A DNA stretch of 64,000 nt from Heterodontus francisci (Eukaryota). A program made the translations under genes and the position numbers. Within the stretch, counting starts at the first letter, position 1, and each line of letters starts with the position of its first letter. The DNA lies in the NCBI RefSeq assembly GCF_036365525.1, contig NC_090397.1:69693781-69757780 (forward strand), written 5' to 3'. The notes beneath the pieces are model-generated. The model searched no databases, was not told where the DNA came from, and saw only the letters and a list, made by a program, of their open reading frames with translations. This document shows, piece after piece, positions 52,813 through 63,220 of the stretch.

Positions 52813-53499
52813 ATAACAAACAAATGTAATATCTGGGGACCTGTGTAGAAACACTGAACTAGTGTGGCATCAAAACGGGTTCTTAATATTGCTAAAAGTA
52901 AACATTACCGGGAAAAAAATACTAACTAATAACTTGCGTGCTATCGTAGCCATAGAGTTAAATGGGGTATAGTTCAGGAGGGGAAAAGTCAAACACATTT
53001 GCATCAGACCTAACCTTTTACTACAATTCTTCTCATGAAACTAAGACAGCCTTGAAGGATAGAGTGAAAAAATCACATAATGGCATTAATTCTTTTTATA
53101 AAATACAAATAACTGCAGGTGACACAATTCAGATCAAAAAGACAGCGTGGAAATTGGTTGAAAGCAAACTAAAGCTCTTATGTGTTCACAGTTGCTGATG
53201 GCCTCACTCACTCACTCAACACTAGATCTCCCACCACGTCTAATTTTTGACCAGCTTGCTGGACCATCACTAGGCACACCAACTAGGAAATCTAACTTGC
53301 TACTGGGGTTCTACTACTGGTCTGTATTTAAAAAGGGATCTAAAGAGGTGATTCAGAGAAATATTTTCACCCAGAGAGTTGTCAGGATCTGGAATGCTCT
53401 AACCGAAAAGGTGGTGGAAGCTGATTCCATAAATAATTTAAAGAAGGGAGTTTGGACAGGTAATGGAGGATGAGGAATTTACAGAGCTGAGTTTCAGGT

Positions 53500-54207
53500 G
53501 GGGAACCTGTGAAGCCCAAAAGATGAAAGCGCGGAGTTTAAAAACTCCACAGCACATGAGGAAATCTGACTACCAGGTAACCCACCCTTGTTGATACGCA
53601 AGTGTATGAATCTAACTTTTGTGACTTCCTTGAGAGAAATACTATTTCCAGCATTAAGCTGTATTATTGGACAGCCCTCCAGCAGGCAACTACTGGGCTG
53701 GTAATACCACCTACTAAACGATAGAAAGGCTGGGCTCTCTGTCGGGCGGGGAACCCTGCAGCAGAGACTGCAGCCTAGGAGCAGGTAGGTTTCCTGCTGC
53801 TGGGGTCAACTTTGTGATGGGGGGGGGGGGGGGGTGTTGGATGGGTCATTTGGAGGGTTGGGGGTGATTGTGGGGGCTCGGAGACATTTCGGGGCTGGAG
53901 AATGGGAGGAGGGTGTTGGTGATTGTGGGGAGCAGGTCAGTGATATCGAGGGGTGGTCCGATCGTGAGGAGGGGAGCAAGTTAGCTTGGTGCCCAGGGTT
54001 AAATTTAAAATGGAGCTAACATTTGGGGCATGCAACCTCCTTATAAGAGTAGACTGGTTGCCCACGCCATACCCCGCCTCCATTCAAACCAACACTGGGT
54101 AGATTCAAGACACCTTGGGTTCGGGTTTAAGGCTTTAAAAGTTTTTACACTCCACCTGACTCAAACTCACCTGTTTTTTGGGGGTGGGAGGGGATTAAAA
54201 TTCCCTC
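53500..54207 (+). mobile_element. GC-rich MITE-like element
   Basis: The 3' end CACCTGTTTTTTGGGGG..TTAAAATTCCC resembles 20530-20580; the left boundary is approximate. Confidence 0.45.
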
Positions 54208-55134
54208 AACATCTATCTTGATATTAAGAACTTGGCATCATCTCAGAAGACAGTCACTGCGATCAACTCCAAACTGCATGATTTTCACCAGGCGTACCAA
54301 CACCAGGGAAACAGAGTGACATGAGTTTTTATTAGTGAGTCTAACTCCACTGTCTATCTTCTTGAGAAAGCTGGAGGTATCTTGAGAAAAACAGAGATTA
54401 ACACCAAAATTCAACATCGTTTGAAATCCAAAGATTCCATCAAAACACAATAATACAATCAAAATAGCTTCAAAATGCATTCATTTCTTTCATGAACTTG
54501 ATTCCAGAAATATTGCTGGTCCCAATGACACAGAGTTGTGTGTCTGTCAAAGCCCAATTTGAAAAAGTCGCCACTCTGCTGGATCATCGATCTGAATTGT
54601 TCCCACAACTGATGTTGACACATCAAATCCAAAGCATCAAACATTGTGTTATTCACAAGATAGCAATCATGGGCACCAGAAACTACAGACTGTTATTGTG
54701 ATGGACAGTGAATCCTCATTAAAACCTGGTCACCAAGTTTCAAAGCAAAGCTGTCAGCTTATGATAATACCTTATGAACCAGAAATGAAGCTGTTTGTGC
54801 AAAATTGTTTTTGCAGCTTATCCCTCAATGGTTCTACAGCGTTCAAGGAAGATGTGCTATTCTGGGCTCAATGAGAAGTTAGCTCTTGTGGTACATCTGG
54901 TAGCTCCTGAACTGGATATGGAAATCCCTCAAATGAAGCAACCATTAACATCCAACATTATAACTTTTACCCAGCTGTCCTTCAGGGTTGCTGCCTCAAG
55001 CCTCTTAACTCATTATTATACCATCTAGTTTCCCACACATACTCACATACCAAAAACTGACACTGAATGACACTGTTTAATGCACAACTCCAAATGACAG
55101 ACTCCTCATACGTGTATACAAATGGATCAGTTCT

Positions 55135-55372
55135 GGCGGGGTTAAAGTGTGGCGAGTCGAAGAGACTTACCTGTTGGCAGGAAAAAAGTCAGAAGCGCAA
55201 GGGCAGAGCCAACTGTGTAACAGCCCCGACAACCAATTTTATCTGCAGCACCTGTGGAAGAGTCTGTCACTCTAGAATTGGCCTTTATAGCCACTCCAGG
55301 CGCTGCTCCACAAACCACTGACCACCTCCAGGCGCGTATCCATTGTCTCCCGAGACAAGGAGGCCAAAGAAG
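55135..55372 (+). mobile_element. RTE LINE 3' end
   Basis: GLKCGESKRL..CSTCGRVCHSRIGLYSHSRRC; same family as 51712-52812. Confidence 0.9.
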
Positions 55373-55788
55373 TAGTTCTGGTCGAGTCAAACAGGTTCAG
55401 GATTTGAACACAGAGCTTGTAGATCAACCGTAATTATTGAATGGTGGAGCAGACTTGAGGAGTTGCGTGGGCTAATCCTGCTCCTATTTCTTATGTTCTT
55501 ATGCAGCACAACATTGTAAGCAATTACAAAATGCTAATTTTTTTATAATCATATATGGCGTGCCAAGTTTACTTGGTAAAACTAAAAGGCTTCAATCTGA
55601 TCCATGGTTTTAGATACTGTCAGCAAACACACCAACGAAACAGGAACAATTTACAAGTTATCTAAACTTCAAGATTAGATTACAGGCTTGTGCTCACTCC
55701 CTTATATTCATTTTGAATAATATGTATGATGCACATGTTTATTTAAAAAAAAATCAAACTGTCCCTTGTCATTACTGAAAGAGTTTTC

Positions 55789-56514
55789 GGGCAGGATTTT
55801 CCCACGGGCTTTCGGACCCTGATCCTGACCCTGACCCTGACCCTAACCCTAACCGTAAGGATCTGAAGCCTGCACTTGCTGGGAGCAAGACAGGCACAGC
55901 AATCTTCCCGGAGGCAGCCTCCTAATTGGCCGCCTCCGCGCTCGCCGTCCTTGGGAGGGCTCCCGATGCTGCTGGCCCAATCAGAGGCGAGGCAGGTCGG
56001 AGACCGGGAAGGCACCTCCACATGGAGCTGCCTCAGAGGTGAAAATTTATACCAAGATTTCAGAGGGGCCAAGCTGATAGACCCCTCGGAGAGGAGGGGA
56101 ACCCCTCTGGTGGAAGCGTTAGGGCTGCAGGTGTGGCCTTTCCTCCTGTGGTCCTGTCGCTGGGGCCTTGAGCCTCCGTCTCCGATGATCCCCTCCCCCA
56201 TCCTCTCTCGGGGAGGACACCTCCATTAAGCTGGCGGCCTCCCCATGCAGCAGAGGGCAAGGTCCACCACCAGCAAAATACCGGTGAGGTTCAAAATCGC
56301 ACTTAATTGGAGCCTTAAATACGCAAATTGTCTGCCGCCTCCGTTCAGCGAGCAACTGATCCGTTTCGCAGCCTGCCCCGGGAAATTCCGCCAGTGGCGG
56401 GAATGCGTCAGGGAGCTGTCCCGAGGCAGCTCCCCTCCCTACGTTCCTGGCAATTCCCTCCCCATCCAACCCGGCCTCCAAGTCAGCCACCACGGGACCG
56501 GGAGAATTCAGCCC
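55789..56514. mobile_element. MITE with 15-bp imperfect terminal inverted repeats
   Basis: GGGCAGGATTTTCCC at the left and GGGAGAATTCAGCCC at the right; GC- and CpG-rich interior with no credible ORF. Confidence 0.65.
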
Positions 56515-57411
56515 TTAGTGTCTCAGTGCTGGGATATTTTACTCTGCAATCACTGGTGAATAATTTATAATTGAATTTCTACACAGAGTATATATTACAC
56601 AATTCTTTTCATATGAATACAGTTGAATGTTTCTGTTGGTGGTACTACTGCCACTGATGGTTAATAAATATTGTATGCTCACAGCGAAAAAACATTCAGC
56701 ACAAAAGGCATGTTTCTGAGCCATCAAAGGTCCTCATTCGTAGGTGGTGAAGTCAAGTGGCTAAAAAACCACTGAACTAACAGGGTTGTCACTAAAACAG
56801 CCCCTGCCTTGTACCATCAAACTAAAAGGGGATTACTGAACCAAGAGATTTATTATAAAGGGTAAACACAAATCACACAGTGCTTATAGCAATAAATACA
56901 ATAGAAAATCTATTACTCGAAAATTGTGAACAATGTTTTATTCATTCAACCCATTGAAAAGACAGCTACTATTTATACTCTCGGTAATGAATGACTCCAT
57001 ACTTCCACTAACCTCCATGATCGAATGTCAGGACTGCACAAATCAAGGATCAACTACTAATTTAAGCAGATTAATTGTCAGTGTATTTTTTGGAAAAAAT
57101 ATATTGACCCTACAACTGAACTGCATAATGTATGTGCTCTGTTACACACGCACGCACGAGTTTGATCTCCTATTAAGTTATGTACCACTTAATATATTTC
57201 CATAAACCACTGGTGCCCAATGTGCATTTACCCCTGATGCAATTATATATTAAATTGCATCATTAGTAATGCATTACAGAATCACGTAACTGTTAAAACG
57301 CAGAAGGAGGTCATTCGGCCCATCATGTTCGTACCTACTCTCTGAATGAGCAACTCACTGAGTGCCAATCCCCCGCCTTCTCGACGTAACCCTGTACATT
57401 CTTGCTTTTCA

Positions 57412-58385
57412 TATTTTTTTATTTGTTCGGGGAATGTGGGTGTCGCTGGCTAGGCCAGCATTTATTTCCCACCCCTAACTACTCTTGAGAAGGTGGTGGT
57501 GAGCTACCTTCTTGAACCGCTGCAGTCATTGGAGTGTAGGTACACCCACAGTGCTGTTAGGAAGGGAGTTCCAGGATTTTGACCCAGCGACAGTGAAGGA
57601 ACGGCGATATAGTTCCAAGTCAGGATGATGTGTGGCTTGGAAGGAAACTTGCAGGTGGTGGTGTTCCCATGCGTCTGCTGCCCTGGTCCTTCTTGGTGGT
57701 AGAGGTCGTGGGTTTGGAAGGTGCTGTCTAAGGAGCCTTGGTGAGTTGCAGTGCATCTTGTTGATGGTACACACTGCTGCCACTGTGCGTCAGAGTGGAG
57801 GGAGTGAATGTTGAAAGTGGTGGATGGGGTGCTGATCAAGTGAGCTGCTTTGTCCTGGAGGGTGTCGAGCTTCATGAATGTTGATGTAGTTGCACTCATT
57901 CAGGCAACTCCTGACTTGTGCCTTATAGATGGTGGACAGACTTTGGGGAGACAGGAGGTAAGTTACTCGCCACAGAATTCCCAGCCTCTGACCTGCTCTT
58001 GTAGCCACAGCAGTTATGTGGCTGGTCCAGTCCAGTTTCTAGTCAATGGTGACCCCCAGGATGTTGCTAGTGCGGGATTCAGCGATGGTAACGCCATTGA
58101 ACGTTGAGGGGAGATGGTTAGATTCTCTCTTGTTTGAGAGAGTCATTGCCTGGTACTTGTGTGGTGCAAATGTTACTTGCCACTTATCCGCCCAAGCCTG
58201 GATGTTAATGAGGTCTTGCTGCATATGGACATGGGCTGCTTCAGTGTCCGAGGAGTCGCGAATGGTGCTGAACATTGTGCAAGCATCAGCAAACATCCCC
58301 ACTTCTGACCTTATAATGGACGGAAGGTCATTGATGAAGCAGCTGAAGGTGGTTGGGCCTAGGACACTACCCTGAGGAACTCCTA
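57412..58385 (-). mobile_element. Family-B LINE 3' portion (preceded by a CR1 3' end at 57277-57410)
   Basis: [17 protein letters not shown] and IYKAQVRS motifs. Confidence 0.88.
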
Positions 58386-58390
58386 ACAGT

Positions 58391-58980
58391 CTAAATCGTT
58401 CTTGAATGCTTCAACTGAACCTGCCTCCACCATACTCTCAGTACCGCATTCCAGACCTTAACCACTCTCTGCATGAAAAAGTTTTTCCTCATGTCACTTT
58501 TGCTTCTTTTACCAATTACTTTAAATCTGTGCCCTCTCATTCTCGATCCTTTCACGAGTGGGAACAGTTTCTCTCTATCTACTCTGTCCAGACCCCTCAT
58601 GATTTTGAATATCTCTATCAAATCACCTCTCAGCCTTCTCTTCTCCAAGGAAAACAGTCCCAACTCCTCCAATCTATCTTCATAACTGAAGTTCCTAATC
58701 CCTGGAAACATTCTCGTGAATCTGTTTGCGCCTTCTCTAACACCTTCACAGCCTTCCTCAAGTGCGGCGCCCAGAACTGGATGCAATACTCCAGCTGAGG
58801 CTGAACTAGTGTCTTATACAAGTTCAACATGACCTCCTTGCTCTTGTACTCTATGACCCTATTAATAAAGCCCAGGATACTGTATGCTTTATTAACTGCT
58901 CTCTTAACCTGTCTTGCCAACTTCAATGACTTATGCACATACACACCCAGGTCCCTCTGTTCCTGCACCCCCTTTAGAAT
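58391..58980 (-). mobile_element. CR1 RT C-terminal fragment
   Basis: QEQRDLGVYVHKSLK..LEYCIQFWAPH and LGLFSLEKRRLRGDL. Confidence 0.9.
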
Positions 58981-60787
58981 TGTATTGGGTTTATTTTATA
59001 AGGGACAATATTCCACAGTTCACTAACACTGGGGAAATATTAATTGATTCTGTGGACAAAGTTCTTTCTTAAATCTGAATATTAATAGTTGGAACAAAAT
59101 AAATGTTTTTTTTCTGCTTAGACATGAAGCAATGTTGGCTTGATGTACTTCCCACTGTTTTAGGTTCTCCCACCTTCAATGAAGTCCTAAAGTTTGCAGG
59201 GGAGGAAGTGGAAACATCAAATTATAGTCTGTAAAATAGTGCCCTCTTCTACTGTTGGGTGACACGATGAAGGTGAAGGCTTGGATTGATTGAGCCGAAT
59301 GTAGTGTGATGGAATATAGGTATAATAGGCTTGATTAAGTAGAGTTTGGAAATAGTTAGCGTGTAATGCCTTTAGAGTTAAAGATTGGACAAATGGTTAG
59401 TTTTCAGAGTTCACTGAAGTTCCCCTTTAAGAAGTTAGAAAATATCAAGGTCCCTGTTATGAACAAGTTGGGAAATCCATTTGTGTCTCTGTTGCCTGGG
59501 GCTTGGAAGATAAAAAAAGAACATTGAAATATCCTGTCAGTAAGAGGTAGCAACAAACTTAATTGGTTTGTTCAGACAGGCCAGTTCTGGAGGTTGATTT
59601 GGAGTGCCATAGAAAGGGCAATTAACAATAAACGGAATGTACTCACAGGAACAAGAGAGGTCAAGTAAACACAATTACAAACATTTTGACCAGGTAAAAG
59701 CTCACAACTTCAAATTCCAGTAAAATATTAAATTAAAGATATGGATTTTAAAAGGAACACAGGAAGGTCACATCCAATGCAAAAGTCATACGACACCTTA
59801 GAAATAATATAAATAGAAGGTTTTGAAGCACTTAGGATTGTTGAATCCTCAACAACACTTCTCATCCTATGCCTTATTTAGTGATTTAAGGTACAAGTTT
59901 ACTTTAAATTTTGATGGATATTCTGGATATTCTAAGATAACTTTGCTGTAACATTAGCAAGGTTAAACTTTTGGATTTTATGTTAGAAATACGAATATGT
60001 GTTTTATCTCTCAGTAATATTTGATATCGTGATATATGTATCCAATTAAGAAGTTTATTACATGTTAAATTCCTTAATAAATATATAAAAGGGCGGCACA
60101 GTGGCGCAGTGGTTAGCACCGCAGCCTCACAGCTCCAGCGGCCCGGGTTCAATTCTGGGTACTGCCTGTGTGGAGTTTGCAAGTTCTCCCTGTGTCTGCG
60201 TGGGTTTTCTCCAGGTGCTCCAGTTTCCTCCCACAAGCCAAAAGACTTGCAGGTTGGTAGGTAAATTGACCATTGTAAAATTGCCCCTAGTATAGGTAGG
60301 TGGTGGGGAAATATAGGGACAGGCGGGGATGTGTTAGGAATAGGGGATTAGTGTAGGATTAGTGTAAATGGGTGGTTGATGGTCGGCACAGACTCGGTGG
60401 GCCGAAGGGCCTGTTTCAGTGCTGTATCTCTAAACTAAACTAAACTAACTAAACTAAATCGTTTCATGTAGTATTCTGCATACAACTACAAGAACCCCCT
60501 CTCTGTGTCTCTTTAAGTGGAGAGATACGTATTGAAGAGAGTTTCCCAGACCCTTATAATATCTGGGATATTTATGACTTAGCCGTAAAATATTAGAAAT
60601 AGGCTATCCAAAAGATGGTAAAATTCTCTGTATGTTTTCTTTCTTTGAGGGAAAGCTAGTGCAGTTCTTTGGACCCAAATAAGTGTCTGAGAATCTGTTT
60701 GGTTTGAATTTGATTAAAGGAGATTCGTAGGGATGTGCTCCTGATTTGGTTTAGTCCTACAAGGGGTTAAAGTCATAAATCACTTCA
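58981..60787 (+). mobile_element. Putative 5' LTR of a foamy-like endogenous retrovirus (~1.44 kb without the inserted SINE)
   Basis: Ends CA (60786-60787), then a 2-nt spacer and a PBS. TATATAA at 60082-60088, donor-like ATG|GTAAAT at 60615-60623, ATTAAA at 60713-60718, several hairpins downstream of the TATA. The left boundary (TG at 58981) abuts a CR1 and is uncertain. Confidence 0.6.
60091..60458 (+). mobile_element. tRNA-derived V-SINE/HE1-like SINE inserted in the ERV LTR
   Basis: GGGCGGCACAGTGGCGCAGTGGTTAGC head, V-domain-like GTGGGTTT..CCAGGTGCTCCAGTTTCCTCCCAC, CR1-like tail and (TAAAC)n end. Confidence 0.9.
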
Positions 60788-60789
60788 GT

Positions 60790-60809
60790 TGGCACCCAAA
60801 AACATGGTC
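60790..60809 (+). promoter_or_regulatory. Primer-binding site, tRNA-Lys-like (degenerate)
   Basis: CA-GT-TGGCACCCAAAAACATGGTC compared with tRNA-Lys PBS TGGCGCCCGAACAGGGAC or TGGCGCCCAAC. Differences include CpG decay and an A-run expansion. It lies ~290 nt before the gag ATG. Confidence 0.7.
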
Positions 60810-61083
60810 TTGTTGTTAACAGAATCCTGTACTTATATGTTCGTCTTTAAGGTATATTTTAGATTTGTAAGTACGGAAGGAATGTTTTCTGTCAGTGGTA
60901 TTAAGGCCCTGATTTAAAAATCTAGAGACGGCAAACTCTTGATCATGGTTTGTGGATCTTAAATCAGAACTCCCTCATTCTACTTTTGAGGTTTGGAAAT
61001 TTCCTTTACAGTTCACTTTAAATCCTAGTTGAAATTAGGTCCTGACGTATCTTAATTCCTAGTTTATGTTCCGTTCCGATATA

Positions 61084-62646
61084 ATGGCTAATGAAGAAGG
61101 GATTGGCTTAATTTTTCCGTTGGGTGATCCATCAACTTGTTTTAGTAGATTACAGAATCCCATTTCGCTGCCTCAGGCGGATCAGATGGTAGTCTTTGAG
61201 ATTGATAATTTTGATGCTGATGGTTCAGTTAGAGCTCATGGTACAATTGTGTACTGACCCCCAGGAGGATGGGATAGCATGTATTCAGTGGGATAATCAG
61301 ACTGATACCCCAGACCCACAATATTCCGTAATGATAATGTGCACGCCTGCACAATTGGGTGGCCTAATGACTGGTCACGACAGGGTGGGGGTATCCATGG
61401 TAGAACTGTAAGTCCTGGGTCTCCCTATGTGTGTGGTGGCAGTGGGTCTCGGATTAGATGGCTTCCTCACAATGAGGTTCATGATCAGAATTTGCGGGAG
61501 GATTGTAGACAGCTACTGGTACATCACCTTCAAATGAAACAGGCACCTCTCCAGGCTTTTGCTACTGCTGGTGCTGCAGGCTTTCCTCTGTCTGTGGGAC
61601 AGTCAGTGCAGTCTCAAATTACACCCTTAGGCAATGTGAATCTTAACTCTATATATGCCACGTGTGGCAAGCCCAGTCCCAGTAATCAAGATAAAACAAG
61701 GTGGATTTTACATAACCTTGATAGACTTGACACTTGTTGTCACAGCTGGAGTGCTGCACATTTACGGCAGCTCCTCTCCATGATGTTAAACTCTGATCAC
61801 GTCTCCCCAATTAATAAGTGCAACAGCTGGATACAAATATATTCCCACCTCCAGACCACAACTCAGGGAGGGCATGTAATGGGCTCAATCAAAGAAATCC
61901 TTCAATATACTGTTAGGTCGAATGGTTTGGTAGCCGCCTATCGACTAGGTAAGGACTTTACACATGGCAACTGGGAAATTGCTCACGGCTGTCTGGCTAA
62001 CCAGTATCAATGGCTAACCGCTTAGACTAGCCTGCGAAGGAGCTTTGTCTGCTTATCCTGATGACCAGCAGAGGTGGGATCATGTTGAACACATTATCCA
62101 CTTGAACCATGCCTTGCTGGATCTACCCCATACTAAGCCTGCGGTCCAACCGGATCCTAAGGTTAAAAATAATACAAACAATGTCTCTGTTTCATACAGA
62201 CAGGGACAGATTAGGACAAGGACTCCTTCTCATTCCAGTTACCCACAATTGGTTCCTTTGGGCCCCCAGACGGGCGCTCTGGTCGGTCTACACCGCCATC
62301 TCGCCGGGAGCGCAAGCGGCATATTTCCCCAGAACGGTGGGAACGGTCTAGCATCACACATCGCAGAGATAGCAGGGTTAACTGGGATCCCTATGGGGAT
62401 GAACTTTACACTGGCCATTCCTATCACAGAGTAATGGGAGCTTCCAGGGCTGACAGAGGCAGGGATCAGAAAGACTCCCAACAGGATCGGCATCCAGCCC
62501 AAGGGGGTGACTGTAAGCCTTCTGATAGAACACCTAAGAGATCGGGAAAGCATGAGACTCCTAAGAGGAAGGGGCAGACTTCAGTTAAAGTCATCAGAAA
62601 TCAAGGCAGGGCTGACAGTCAGGACTCAGAAGCATCTCCACAGTGA
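61084..62646 (+). pseudogene. gag: Foamy-virus-type gag pseudogene (several frameshifts and stops)
   Basis: ATG in context ATAATGG. Capsid-like segments SIYATCGKP..W.LHN, CNSW, QGGHVMGSIKEILQYTVRSNGLVAAYRLG..NWEIAHG and DDQQRW resemble prototype foamy Gag as recalled (HIRSVTGEP..W.GRN, CLTW, HGTFPMHQLGNVIKGIVDQEGVATAYTLG..NYQLVSG, DDQTRA). The tail is Arg/Gly/Ser-rich with no CCHC knuckle. Confidence 0.85.
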
Positions 62647-63220
62647 AGGGCTGGCACCCAACCAGGATCTCTTGAATTCCCCTATGCCCTGGCAACACTG
62701 CACACTGCTGATCAGGTACAGGCACTCTTTGATACAGGAGCTGATTACTCAGTCATGGATCCTGTAATTATAAAATCTCAGTGGTCAGATTTGGGAAGCC
62801 CACTTTATCAGTTATCATTAGGGGGATTTACACAGTGTAAGGTACAGCGGATTGCCTTTTATACAATTCCTGTTACTATTTATTGTATTACAGCCACCCT
62901 GGAGGTGGGTCTAGTACCTGATTTGATTTTCCCTCTTATTATAGGACAGCCTGATATTAAATACTTCCTTAAGATCATGTCCAGGCCTGTGCAGGCATCC
63001 ACAGACCAGGATGACCGACAGAGATATATTCAGGAACAACTAGACTACACCTGCCGAGAGGGGGGTGATAAGGGTTTTTTGGAACAGCTCCTAAACAAGT
63101 ACTACCCTTATCTACAGCGTCATCCGAATCAATGTGGCAAGGTAGATATGGAATCTCACTCTCTTGATGCAGGCTGGAACAAGCCCAGGAAACAATGGCC
63201 TATTCAGGATCATAAAGCAA
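62647..63220 (+). pseudogene. pol: Foamy-like pol 5' part: aspartic protease and RT N-terminus, cut by a CR1 insertion
   Basis: VQALFDTGADYSV (D-T-G at 62731-62739) and LIIGQP. LEQLLNKYYPYLQRHPNQCGKVDMESHSLDAGWNKPRKQWPIQDHKA resembles foamy Pol as recalled (LKTLFVKYDNLWQHWENQVGHRKIRPHNIATGDYPPRPQKQYPINPKA). Confidence 0.88.

Noticed and set aside
54238-55028. Cluster of short ORFs as a gene or transposase
   Set aside because: No recognisable motif, splice pattern or consistent frame.
55817-55853. Telomere-like CCCTAA/CCCTGA repeats
   Set aside because: Only two true CCCTAA units inside a MITE; better explained as a decayed simple repeat.
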